From the NCBI GenBank assembly GCA_964561955.1, contig CAZLQO010000001.1, positions 1 through 26,642 on the forward strand: DNA of 26,642 nt, in the 5' to 3' direction. A program made the position numbers and the translations under genes. How positions within the stretch are numbered: position 1 is the first letter of the stretch; every line of letters starts with the position of its first letter. The notes under the pieces are model-generated. The model saw nothing but the letters and a program-made list of their open reading frames with translations. It did not search any database and was not told where the DNA came from. This document shows, piece after piece, positions 1-7,337 of this stretch. The stretch comes from Candidatus Woesearchaeota archaeon (GTDB lineage Archaea; Nanobdellota; Nanobdellia; Pacearchaeales; GW2011-AR1).

Positions 1-69
1 TTTTCGTGCGAAGGATTTGAATCCGTGCATCACCATTTTTTTTATGTAGGTCATTGGCAAACCTCCTGT

Positions 70-107
70 TTGCAGGCGACAGGCGACAGGTGGCAGGCGA
101 CAGGTTG
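70..107 (+). repeat. Heptamer tandem array (CGACAGG-type, 5 units), downstream of rnhB
   Basis: TTGCAGG CGACAGG CGACAGG TGGCAGG CGACAGG read directly at 70-104. Confidence 0.9.
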
Positions 108-169
108 CTTGTTATCTTTATCTCTTTTTTTCATAAGTGAAAGAAGGGAAAGTTGGTTTTTAAGGATTG

Positions 170-820
170 TTAGAATAGTTTTCTTTGATTTGATTTGTGG
201 AGTTTTTTGATGGTGTTCCATGAGTGTCTTATTATGTCTTTATATATTGGGTTGTTGAAGTTTTCTGTTGCGAATTTTTTCGTTTTGGGGTCGGCGGGGT
301 AGCCTGAGCCGAAGTCGGTTTTTAGTTGGAGTTTTAGTTTATAGATTTCGTCTTCTCGTTTTTCTTTAGCTATGATTGAGGCGGCTGAAACTATTGGGTG
401 GTTAAGGTCGGCCTTGTGTTCGCAATTTAAGATAATGTTTTTTGGATTGTTTAGTAGTCTATGTACGTCTGTTGTCCAGGATTGGATGTTTACGGAGGGG
501 CAATCTATTATTACTTTGATTTTTTCGTTTAGGTTTTTGGTTAGTGTGTTTATTATTTTTGCGGCTTTTTCGGCTTCGAGAAGGTTTAGGTTTTTGTGGT
601 TGTCGATTTCGTTTGGGGTTGAGAGTTCGATGTGGTATTTGTATTTTTCTTTTATGATGTCGCCTATTTTTTTTCTTTGGGTTGGGGTTAGGAGTTTTGA
701 GTCTTTTGCGCCGAGTTTTTTTATTTTTGTTTCTTCTTTTTCTTCTATTAGGATGCCAGCGAGAATCATTGGGCCGAGGACAGGGCCTCTTCCGGCGTCG
801 TCTATTCCGAGGAGTTTCAT
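170..820 (-). CDS. rnhB: Ribonuclease HII
   Basis: GIDDAGRGPVLGP, DSK.L, ADLNHPIVSAASIIAK and DFGSGYPADP motifs; C-terminal QRKLF resembles a shortened PIP box. Confidence 0.96.
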   Translation of the reverse strand: MKLLGIDDAGRGPVLGPMILAGILIEEKEETKIKKLGAKDSKLLTPTQRKKIGDIIKEKYKYHIELSTPNEIDNHKNLNLLEAEKAAKIINTLTKNLNEKIKVIIDCPSVNIQSWTTDVHRLLNNPKNIILNCEHKADLNHPIVSAASIIAKEKREDEIYKLKLQLKTDFGSGYPADPKTKKFATENFNNPIYKDIIRHSWNTIKKLHKSNQRKLF

Positions 821-841
821 AAAGTATAAAGAAGAGAAAGC

Positions 842-849
842 TTTATAAT
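842..849 (+). promoter_or_regulatory. TATA-like box upstream of tRNA-Met
   Basis: TTTATAAT about 24 nt before the tRNA 5' end at 873. Confidence 0.6.
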
Positions 850-872
850 GGTTTTGAGATAGGTTGGTTTGT

Positions 873-989
873 AGCGGGGTGGAGCAGTCTGGTCAGCTCG
901 GCAGGCCCATAAGTAAGCCATAGGTTTTCATTCCTATGCGTTCGCCTAGGAAACCTGCAGGTCACGTGGTTCAAATCCCGTCCCCGCTA
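873..989 (+). tRNA. tRNA-Met(CAT), initiator-like (A1:U72), with a 41-nt intron at 37/38 (912-952)
   Basis: Acceptor AGCGGGG/CCCCGCT, anticodon stem GCAGG/CCTGC, TTCAAAT T-loop; relaxed bulge-helix-bulge at the junctions; intron hairpin CATAGG/CCTATG. Confidence 0.92.
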
Positions 990-1017
990 TTTGGGATTTT
1001 GTTATGGAGAAAATTTT

Positions 1018-1764
1018 ATGAGAGTTGCAGTATATAATCAGATGTTTGGATTGAAGGGGAGAAGTTTTTTTGGGAATGTGATGGGACATTATTTTGTGCA
1101 TTTCCAGAAGAAGCCGGAAAGGGTTGGGAAAATTGTTAGTTTGAATGAGACTTTTGAGGTTGTTGAGAAATCAGGGGTGGATGTTGTTGGGATTTGTGAG
1201 ATTTATGAGGGGCAAGAAAATGAAATTATTTTTGGTTTGGAAAAATTAGGATATAGGTATTTTTATTTTGGGAGGGGTCATCGATTCAAGTATAATGATA
1301 GACATGTGGTTGAGTTGATTGCTTCGAAGATTGAGGGTGAACAGTTGGATTATAGGATTTGGCCGATTGAGAATAGGCTTGGGGGTGGTGGAGGGTTTGT
1401 GGTTGTTCGATTTGGTGGGTTTAGTATCATGCATGTACATTTGGGATTACCGACTCGGGGAATGTTTAAGAAACAGATTGAATATATGCAAAAAATAATT
1501 AGTGAGTTAAAAGGGAAGGTAATTGTGATGGGGGATTTTAATTATAGTTGGTGTGATTTGAGTGAATATTTTCTAAGTTTTGATTTGGCTAGTGGTGGAG
1601 TCAAAACGTGTAGTTTGACTCCTATTATGCGTTGGCTATATAATAAAGATGTTGATCATGTTTTTTGTCGTGGATTTGGGGTTGGAAAATTTGGGACTTT
1701 TGAGAGCAGGTCGGATCATAAGTTGGTGTATGCTGATTTGAATTATGTGGGAGACAGGATTTGA
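1018..1764 (+). CDS. Endonuclease/exonuclease/phosphatase (EEP) family protein
   Basis: N-terminal YN, DVVGICEI, HVHL, MGDFN, DHVF and SDH motifs; ATG at 1018 preferred over TTG at 991; stop lies inside the antisense tRNA-Leu. Confidence 0.88.
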   Translation: MRVAVYNQMFGLKGRSFFGNVMGHYFVHFQKKPERVGKIVSLNETFEVVEKSGVDVVGICEIYEGQENEIIFGLEKLGYRYFYFGRGHRFKYNDRHVVELIASKIEGEQLDYRIWPIENRLGGGGGFVVVRFGGFSIMHVHLGLPTRGMFKKQIEYMQKIISELKGKVIVMGDFNYSWCDLSEYFLSFDLASGGVKTCSLTPIMRWLYNKDVDHVFCRGFGVGKFGTFESRSDHKLVYADLNYVGDRI

Positions 1765-1830
1765 ACCTGCGTAGGCATAAGCCACAGCCGCTTAAAGGCT
1801 GCCCGTTTGACCGGACTCCGGCACTCCCAC
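1746..1830 (-). tRNA. tRNA-Leu(TAA)
   Basis: Reverse complement folds as a type II cloverleaf: GTGGGAG/CTCCCAC, CAGCC-TTTAAGC-GGCTG, long variable arm, GGTTCAAATCC. Confidence 0.95.
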
Positions 1831-1889
1831 ATGTGATTTTTAGTTTTTGTTAGATTATAAGTTTTGTTGTTAGGGTTGTGTTTCGTTAG

Positions 1890-1926
1890 GAAATGAGGAA
1901 TGGGGAATAGGGAATGGGGGTAGGGG
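1890..1926 (+). repeat. Heptamer array (GGAATGG-type), intergenic, matches a G-quadruplex motif
   Basis: GAAATGA GGAATGG GGAATAG GGAATGG GGGTAGG. Confidence 0.85.
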
Positions 1927-1933
1927 CCATTTG

Positions 1934-1975
1934 GGGAACTTCGTTCCCGGATACAGGGGCGGCTTTTCCGCCCTG
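1934..1975. other. Two adjacent GC-rich hairpins (REP-like palindrome or terminator)
   Basis: GGGAAC-TTC-GTTCCC (1934-1948) and GGGCGG-CTTTT-CCGCCC (1957-1973). Confidence 0.6.
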
Positions 1976-2052
1976 GGGCGTCGGGAGTTTAATGTAAACA
2001 GTGTTGGGGATAGTTTTTTATAGGTGGGTTATTTTGTTTTGCTGGAGGATAT

Positions 2053-2199
2053 ATGGTAGCAATTATATTGACGTTGTTGGCGGTCTTTTCGATTGTATTT
2101 GGAATAATAGTTCTTGCTTGGAAGAAGTCTCTTAATTATGCGGTTGGATTTTGGCTGTTGTTGAATGGGCTTTTGCAGATTCTCAGTCCTTATCTTTAA
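2053..2199 (+). CDS. Small membrane protein (48 aa, two hydrophobic segments)
   Basis: Not in the ORF track; GGAGG at 2044-2048, ATG 2053, MVAIILTLLAVFSIVFGIIVLAWKKSLNYAVGFWLLLNGLLQILSPYL*. Confidence 0.7.
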   Translation: MVAIILTLLAVFSIVFGIIVLAWKKSLNYAVGFWLLLNGLLQILSPYL

Positions 2200-2201
2200 T
2201 T

Positions 2202-2323
2202 ATGAAGAACAAGAATGTGGGGTTTTTGATTGTAGGGATTGTGGTTTTGTTGGATTAGTTATTGGTTCGTTTTTGATTATGGCTGTTACGAATGTGAATT
2301 TATTGAGGCTGAGAAAGATTTAA
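2202..2323 (+). pseudogene. Possibly frameshifted small membrane protein
   Basis: MKNKNVGFLIVGIVVLLD* would continue as GLVIGSFLIMAVTNVNLLRLRKI* if one T were added to the T-run near 2245-2248. Confidence 0.4.
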
Positions 2324-2395
2324 GCCTCCGACGGGGATCAAACCCATGGCCTTCTGATTACGAATCAGACGCTCTATCAACTGAGCTACGGAGGC
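2323..2395 (-). tRNA. tRNA-Thr(CGT)
   Basis: GCCTCCG/CGGAGGC acceptor, GCTC/GAGC D-stem, TCTGA-TTCGTAA-TCAGA anticodon arm; atypical D-loop GA and T-loop TTTGATC. Confidence 0.9.
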
Positions 2396-2512
2396 GTGGG
2401 ATTTTGATGTGGGTTAAGTTTAAAAAATGTTTGGATTAAAATATTAGATGGATGGATTTGGATCCTGTCGGAAGTTTATTTTAGGAATCTTTAAATACAA
2501 TGGTTTATTTTG

Positions 2513-2779
2513 ATGGGTATGAAAAAAAGCTTATTATGGACAATTATTGGTATAATTTTAGTGGTGGTTTCGATAGCTATACTTCAATTGACAAATTTTA
2601 AGGTGGGGATGGTTTATGTTTTAATTGGAAGTTTTTTACTTTTTTTGGTGTCTCTTTTTATGTTTGCATTAGGTACAAAGAAAGTATGGTTAAAGGTGTT
2701 GATTATTTTGATTGAATTAGCATTTGTTTCTTGGATTATTTATGGCATATTGAATCCTGCTAGGTTTGGTTTTGGTTGA
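2513..2779 (+). CDS. Hypothetical membrane protein (3 predicted TM segments)
   Basis: Three hydrophobic stretches separated by basic residues; start could be 2513 or 2519. Confidence 0.75.
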   Translation: MGMKKSLLWTIIGIILVVVSIAILQLTNFKVGMVYVLIGSFLLFLVSLFMFALGTKKVWLKVLIILIELAFVSWIIYGILNPARFGFG

Positions 2780-2856
2780 GTTTGAGATGGCGATTTTGTT
2801 TGAGGAGGATATAAGATTATAATAAAATTTAAAAGTGGAATTTTATAGTTGGTAAG

Positions 2857-3060
2857 ATGGATGGGTTTGATTTGACGAAATATCAGGAGGATGAGGCCGA
2901 GAAGACTAAGTTGAAGAAGATTCTTGGGAGGGTTTTGTCGGGGCGGAGTGATTATGAGGTTATCGAGGAGGTTAAGGTTGAGAAGGTTCGGAAATGTGAG
3001 TGTGGTTGGCCGATTGAGTCTGGGGCGAAGTTTTGTTCGGAGTGTGGGGCGAAGTGTTAG
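2857..3060 (+). CDS. Small zinc-ribbon protein
   Basis: C-terminal CECG...FCSECGAKC. Confidence 0.8.
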   Translation: MDGFDLTKYQEDEAEKTKLKKILGRVLSGRSDYEVIEEVKVEKVRKCECGWPIESGAKFCSECGAKC

Positions 3061-3090
3061 GTTTAAAAAGATTTGAGTTGTTTGGGTGGG

Positions 3091-3780
3091 ATGAGAAAGA
3101 TTTTGTTTTGTGTTTTGTTGCTGGGGGTTTGTTTTGTTGCTGGGGCGGAGTATAATAGGATTGGTGATTTGGAATTGCCTGAGACGGGGTTTGTTATGAG
3201 GAGTGAAGCGTTGGCGGCTATTGAAGATTCTGAGGAGATGATTAATAGAATGAGGGATAGTAATTTTTCTGTTGTGAAGGTTAGTGAGGATTTGGTTAAG
3301 GCGAAGGAAGTTTTTCAGATGGTTGATTATAGTGAGATTTTGAGAGATAGTGGTGCGACTGCGGAGGCGAGGTGGGAGGCGATTAAGGCTATAGGAGAGA
3401 TTGATTGGAGATATTTGGAGTATGGAGATGTTCTTGATTATACTGATGATATTATGGCGACGGTAGAGAAGGCTTTTTTGTCTTATGAGTCTTTGGTTCT
3501 TGCGAGGGTTGTTTATGAGGAGTGTTTGGATAGAGGAGAGATTGTTGATGATGCTTTGATTGAGAGGGCGGAGGGTGCTTTTTATGAAGAGAGGTATGAT
3601 GAGGCTAGTAATTTTGCTCTTATGGCTAAGGAGTTAGCGGAGGAGGGGTTTCCTAAGGTTTCGTTTTGGGATAGGGTTGGGGATTTTTTTGGTGCGTATT
3701 GGATTTATGTTTTGGTGTTAATGATTTTTGTTGTTGCGTTTTTTCACAAGAAGATAGTTGGGGTTTTTAGGAGGGGGTGA
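3091..3780 (+). CDS. Hypothetical exported protein with signal peptide and C-terminal membrane anchor
   Basis: MRKILFCVLLLGVCFVAGA signal-like start, acidic helical body, YWIYVLVLMIFVVAFF followed by a basic tail. Confidence 0.75.
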   Translation: MRKILFCVLLLGVCFVAGAEYNRIGDLELPETGFVMRSEALAAIEDSEEMINRMRDSNFSVVKVSEDLVKAKEVFQMVDYSEILRDSGATAEARWEAIKAIGEIDWRYLEYGDVLDYTDDIMATVEKAFLSYESLVLARVVYEECLDRGEIVDDALIERAEGAFYEERYDEASNFALMAKELAEEGFPKVSFWDRVGDFFGAYWIYVLVLMIFVVAFFHKKIVGVFRRG

Positions 3781-3815
3781 GTTAGGTTTAAAACCTTTCC
3801 TTGTTAATTTTATTT

Positions 3816-5579
3816 ATGAGATTGGCGATTGTTCATAAGGAAAAGTGTAAGCCGGCGGCGTGTGGTCTGGAGTGTAAGAAGTATTGTCCGGTTGAGAAGA
3901 AGGAGTTGGATAGTTGTGTGCGAGTGCGCGCGAGACGACAGATGACAGACGACGGGTTACAGGAAGGGGGATGGGAGGGGGCTAGGATTGATGAGGGGAG
4001 TTGTGTGGGGTGTGCGATTTGTGTGAAGCGATGTCCGTTTGGGGCGATTGATATTGTGAATTTGCCGTCGGTGAGTGAGGATGATTTGGTTTATCGTTAT
4101 GGGGAGAACGGGTTTGCTTTGTATGGGTTGCCTGTGCCGAAGGTTGGGAAGGTTTTGGGATTGTTGGGGAGGAATGGGATTGGAAAGTCGACTGCGATTG
4201 AGATTTTGAATGGTTCTGAAAAAATTGAGGTTACTAGATTTAAGGGGACGGAGTTGCAGAAGTATTTTGATTCATTAGATGGGAAGAAGGTTTCGTATAA
4301 GCCGCAGAATCTGTCGGGGTTGGCGAAGGATGTTGGGGTGATGGAGTTGTTATTGAAACGGGGCTCTAAGGCTGCGATTGAGAAATTGGCTAAGAAGTTG
4401 AATGTTTCTAATGTTTTGGGGAATAAGATGGATAAGTTGTCTGGTGGGGAGTTGCAGAGGGTTGCGATTTTGGCGGCTTCGCTTGGGGATTCGGACATAT
4501 ATTTCTTTGATGAGCCGTTGGCGTTTTTGGATATTGGTGAGAGGTTGCGTGTTAGTGATTTTATTAAGGAGTTGGGGCGCGGTAAGACTGTTATTGTTGT
4601 TGAGCATGATTTGTTGGTGTTGGATTATTTGACGGATTATTTGAATGTGTTTTATGGTGGGCAGGGTTCTTTTGGGACTGTGTCTGGCGTTAAGAGTTCG
4701 AAGGTTGGGGTTAATGCTTATTTGGATGGGTTTTTGAAGGAGGAGAATTTGAGGATTCGGGATAAGGCTTTGAATTTTAATTTTACTAGGAATGCTGTTG
4801 TTTCTGGGAAGAAGATTACTTCTTGGGATGATTTTAGCTTGAAGTTTGATTCTGGATTTGAGTTGGATGTTAAAAAGGGGGAGATTAGAGAGAATCATGT
4901 GGTTGGGATTTTGGGGAAGAATGGGACGGGGAAGACGTCATTCATTCGAGCTCTTGTGGGCGAGCTCGAAGTTAATGAAGGTGTCAGAGATCAGGCGTCA
5001 GGTGTCAGAAAGAAGTTGGATTTGGGTATTGATGTTTCTTATAAGCCGCAGTATTTGTTTAGAGAGAGTGAGGATTTTGTGAGGGATATTATTTTTCGGG
5101 AGAAGATTGGAAAGAAGTTGGCGTCGGTGTTTAATCTTGGGGTTTTGGTTGGGAAGAAATTGAAGGAGTTGTCGGGTGGGGAGTTGCAGAGGTTTAGTGT
5201 TGCGAGGTGTTTGGCGAAGGATGCGGATGTTTACTTTTTGGACGAGCCTTCGGCTTATTTGGATGTTGAGGAGAGGATTGTTGTTGCGAAGGCGATTAAG
5301 GATATTATGACAGAGAAGGAAAAGACGGCGTTTGTTGTTGACCACGATTTGCTTCTTGTTTCGTATTTGGCTGATTCGATTATTAATTTTTCTGGGGTAT
5401 CTGGTAAGAGTGGCGTGGCTTCTGAAGTTGTTGGGTTTGAGGAGGGGGTTTCTAATTTATTGAAGTCGCTGGATGTTACCTTGAGGAAGGATAAGGATTC
5501 GGGGCGGCCTCGGATTAATAAGAGGGGTTCGGTTTTGGATAGGGAGCAGAAGTTAAAAAATCGTTGGGCGATTTTTTAA
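3816..5579 (+). CDS. rli1: Ribosome recycling ATPase ABCE1/RLI
   Basis: CX4CX3CX3CP...CX2CX2CX3CP Fe-S domain; two NBDs (GRNGIGKS, GKNGTGKT, LSGGELQR x2, DEP x2). Confidence 0.97.
   Translation: MRLAIVHKEKCKPAACGLECKKYCPVEKKELDSCVRVRARRQMTDDGLQEGGWEGARIDEGSCVGCAICVKRCPFGAIDIVNLPSVSEDDLVYRYGENGFALYGLPVPKVGKVLGLLGRNGIGKSTAIEILNGSEKIEVTRFKGTELQKYFDSLDGKKVSYKPQNLSGLAKDVGVMELLLKRGSKAAIEKLAKKLNVSNVLGNKMDKLSGGELQRVAILAASLGDSDIYFFDEPLAFLDIGERLRVSDFIKELGRGKTVIVVEHDLLVLDYLTDYLNVFYGGQGSFGTVSGVKSSKVGVNAYLDGFLKEENLRIRDKALNFNFTRNAVVSGKKITSWDDFSLKFDSGFELDVKKGEIRENHVVGILGKNGTGKTSFIRALVGELEVNEGVRDQASGVRKKLDLGIDVSYKPQYLFRESEDFVRDIIFREKIGKKLASVFNLGVLVGKKLKELSGGELQRFSVARCLAKDADVYFLDEPSAYLDVEERIVVAKAIKDIMTEKEKTAFVVDHDLLLVSYLADSIINFSGVSGKSGVASEVVGFEEGVSNLLKSLDVTLRKDKDSGRPRINKRGSVLDREQKLKNRWAIF
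3929..3963 (+). repeat. In-frame heptamer array in the ABCE1 Fe-S domain
   Basis: CGCGAGA CGACAGA TGACAGA CGACGGG TTACAGG encoding ARRQMTDDGLQ. Confidence 0.75.
4980..5009 (+). repeat. In-frame heptamer array in ABCE1 NBD2
   Basis: GGTGTCA GAGATCA GGCGTCA GGTGTCA encoding GVRDQASGVR. Confidence 0.85.
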
Positions 5580-5583
5580 CTTC

Positions 5584-5629
5584 GGGGGTATGGGTGTTGG
5601 GTGTATGGGGTGTTGTGGGTGGTGGGTGG
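5584..5629 (+). repeat. Degenerate heptamer array (TGGGTGT/TGGGTGG), intergenic, matches a G-quadruplex motif
   Basis: TGGGTGT x2 at 5591-5604 and TGGGTGG x2 at 5616-5629. Confidence 0.65.
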
Positions 5630-5672
5630 TGTTTTGAGATAGTTTTTTATATTGGTTTTTGTTTGTGGGTTT

Positions 5673-7337
5673 ATGAAAGATGAGATTGTTAAGTTGATTG
5701 CGAAGGTGACTGGGTTGAATGTTGGGGATGTTGGGAATTTGATTGAGGTGCCGCCGAAGGAAGAGATGGGGGATTTTGCGTTTCCGTGTTTTGGGTTGGC
5801 TTCTCGAATGGAAAAGAATCCTTTGGTGATTGCTAAGGAGTTGGTTAAGAAATTTGGGAAGGGTTTGCCGAAGGGGATTGGGAAGGTTAGTTCGAATGGG
5901 GCTTATGTTAATTTTTTTGTTGATAAGAAGGTTTTGGCTGAGAGGGTTTTGGTTGGTGGGGGGAAGATTAGAAAGAGGAAGGGTGGGAAGGTTATGATTG
6001 AGTTTTCGCAGGCGAATACACATAAGGCGTTCCATATTGGGCATATTCGTGGGACTAGTATTGGGGAGAGTTTGGCGCGGATTTCCGAGGCTGTTGGAGA
6101 TAAAGTTGTTAGGGCGAATTATCAGGGGGATACGGGGATGCATGTTGCTAAGTGGATTTGGTGTTATAATAAATATCATAAGAAGGAAAAGTTAAGGGGG
6201 GATGAGGGATGGGTTGCGGGAGTTTATGTTGATGCGGTTAAGAGGTTGGGGGCTAACGATAAGTTTCAAGAAGAGGTTGATGAGATAAATAGGAAGTTGG
6301 ATTCGAAGGAAGATAAGGCCTTGAATGATTTATGGAAGAAGACGCAGAAGTTGTCGTTGGATGCGTTGGAGGTTGTTTATAGGGACTTGAATACGAGGTT
6401 TGATAAGTATTATTTTGAGAGTGAGTTTGAAGGTGCGGCGAAGAAGGTTGTTGCTGGGTTGGTGAAGAAGGGGATTGCTAAGGTTGATGATGGGGCGACG
6501 ATTATTGATTTTGATGGGAAGTTGAATGTTTGGGTTTTGTTGAGGGGTGATGGGACAGTTTTGTATTCGGGGAAGGATATTGCTTTGGCGCAGGAGAAGT
6601 TTAAGGATTTTGATTTGGGTCGGAGTGTTTATGTTATTGCTGATGCGCAGAATTTGCATTTTGTTCAGTTGGTTGAGACTTTGAGGTTGATGGGTTTTAA
6701 GGATGCTGGGAAGATGAAGCATCGGGCTTATGGATTGGTTCGGTTGCCTAGTGGGAAAATGTCTTCGAGGACGGGGAATAATATTTTGTATAGTGATTTT
6801 AAGAAGGAGATTGTTACCTTAGCTATGGAGGGATTGAGGAGTCGGGAGTCGGAGGTTAGGGGTCGGGAGTTGGAAGATAGGGCTTTGAAGATTGCGATTG
6901 CGGCGATTAAATATTCGATGTTGAAGCAGGATATGAATAAGACTATTGTTTTTGATAAGAAGGAGGCGTTGAGGTTTGAGGGTGACACTGGTCCTTATTT
7001 GTTGTATTCGTATGCGAGGGCTGCTTCGCTTTTGAGAAAGCGAAGGGGCCGTGGGCCGTGGGCCGTGGGCCGTGGGCTTGATGTTAGTGAGGTGAGGTTG
7101 TTAAAGAAGATTGATGGGCTTGGGGATGTTGTTGTTAGGGCTTATGAAAGTTTGGCGCCGAATTTGATTGCTAATTATTGTTTTGAGTTGGCGCAGATTT
7201 TTAATGAGTTTTATCATTCGTGTCCGGTGATTGGTTCAGACGAGGAGGGGTTTAGGTTGAAGTTGGTTGATGTTTTTAAGGGGACTTTGAAGAAGGGGTT
7301 GGATTTATTGGGGATTGAGACACTTGAAGAGATGTAG
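5673..7337 (+). CDS. argS: Arginine--tRNA ligase
   Basis: GDFAFPCF, HIGHIRG, YQGDTGMHVAK, KMSSR and FEGDTGPYLLYSYARA motifs. Confidence 0.98.
   Translation: MKDEIVKLIAKVTGLNVGDVGNLIEVPPKEEMGDFAFPCFGLASRMEKNPLVIAKELVKKFGKGLPKGIGKVSSNGAYVNFFVDKKVLAERVLVGGGKIRKRKGGKVMIEFSQANTHKAFHIGHIRGTSIGESLARISEAVGDKVVRANYQGDTGMHVAKWIWCYNKYHKKEKLRGDEGWVAGVYVDAVKRLGANDKFQEEVDEINRKLDSKEDKALNDLWKKTQKLSLDALEVVYRDLNTRFDKYYFESEFEGAAKKVVAGLVKKGIAKVDDGATIIDFDGKLNVWVLLRGDGTVLYSGKDIALAQEKFKDFDLGRSVYVIADAQNLHFVQLVETLRLMGFKDAGKMKHRAYGLVRLPSGKMSSRTGNNILYSDFKKEIVTLAMEGLRSRESEVRGRELEDRALKIAIAAIKYSMLKQDMNKTIVFDKKEALRFEGDTGPYLLYSYARAASLLRKRRGRGPWAVGRGLDVSEVRLLKKIDGLGDVVVRAYESLAPNLIANYCFELAQIFNEFYHSCPVIGSDEEGFRLKLVDVFKGTLKKGLDLLGIETLEEM
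7046..7080 (+). repeat. In-frame heptamer array (GGGCCGT)4 in argS
   Basis: Four perfect units plus GGGCTTG; encodes GRGPWAVGRGL. Confidence 0.95.

Noticed and set aside
1-45. GGATTTGAATCC...CACCA followed by a T-run, resembling a tRNA 3' end
   Set aside because: No T-stem register gives proper pairing with a G53:C61 pair, and the feature is cut by the window edge. It may be the end of an upstream RNA or gene but cannot be called.
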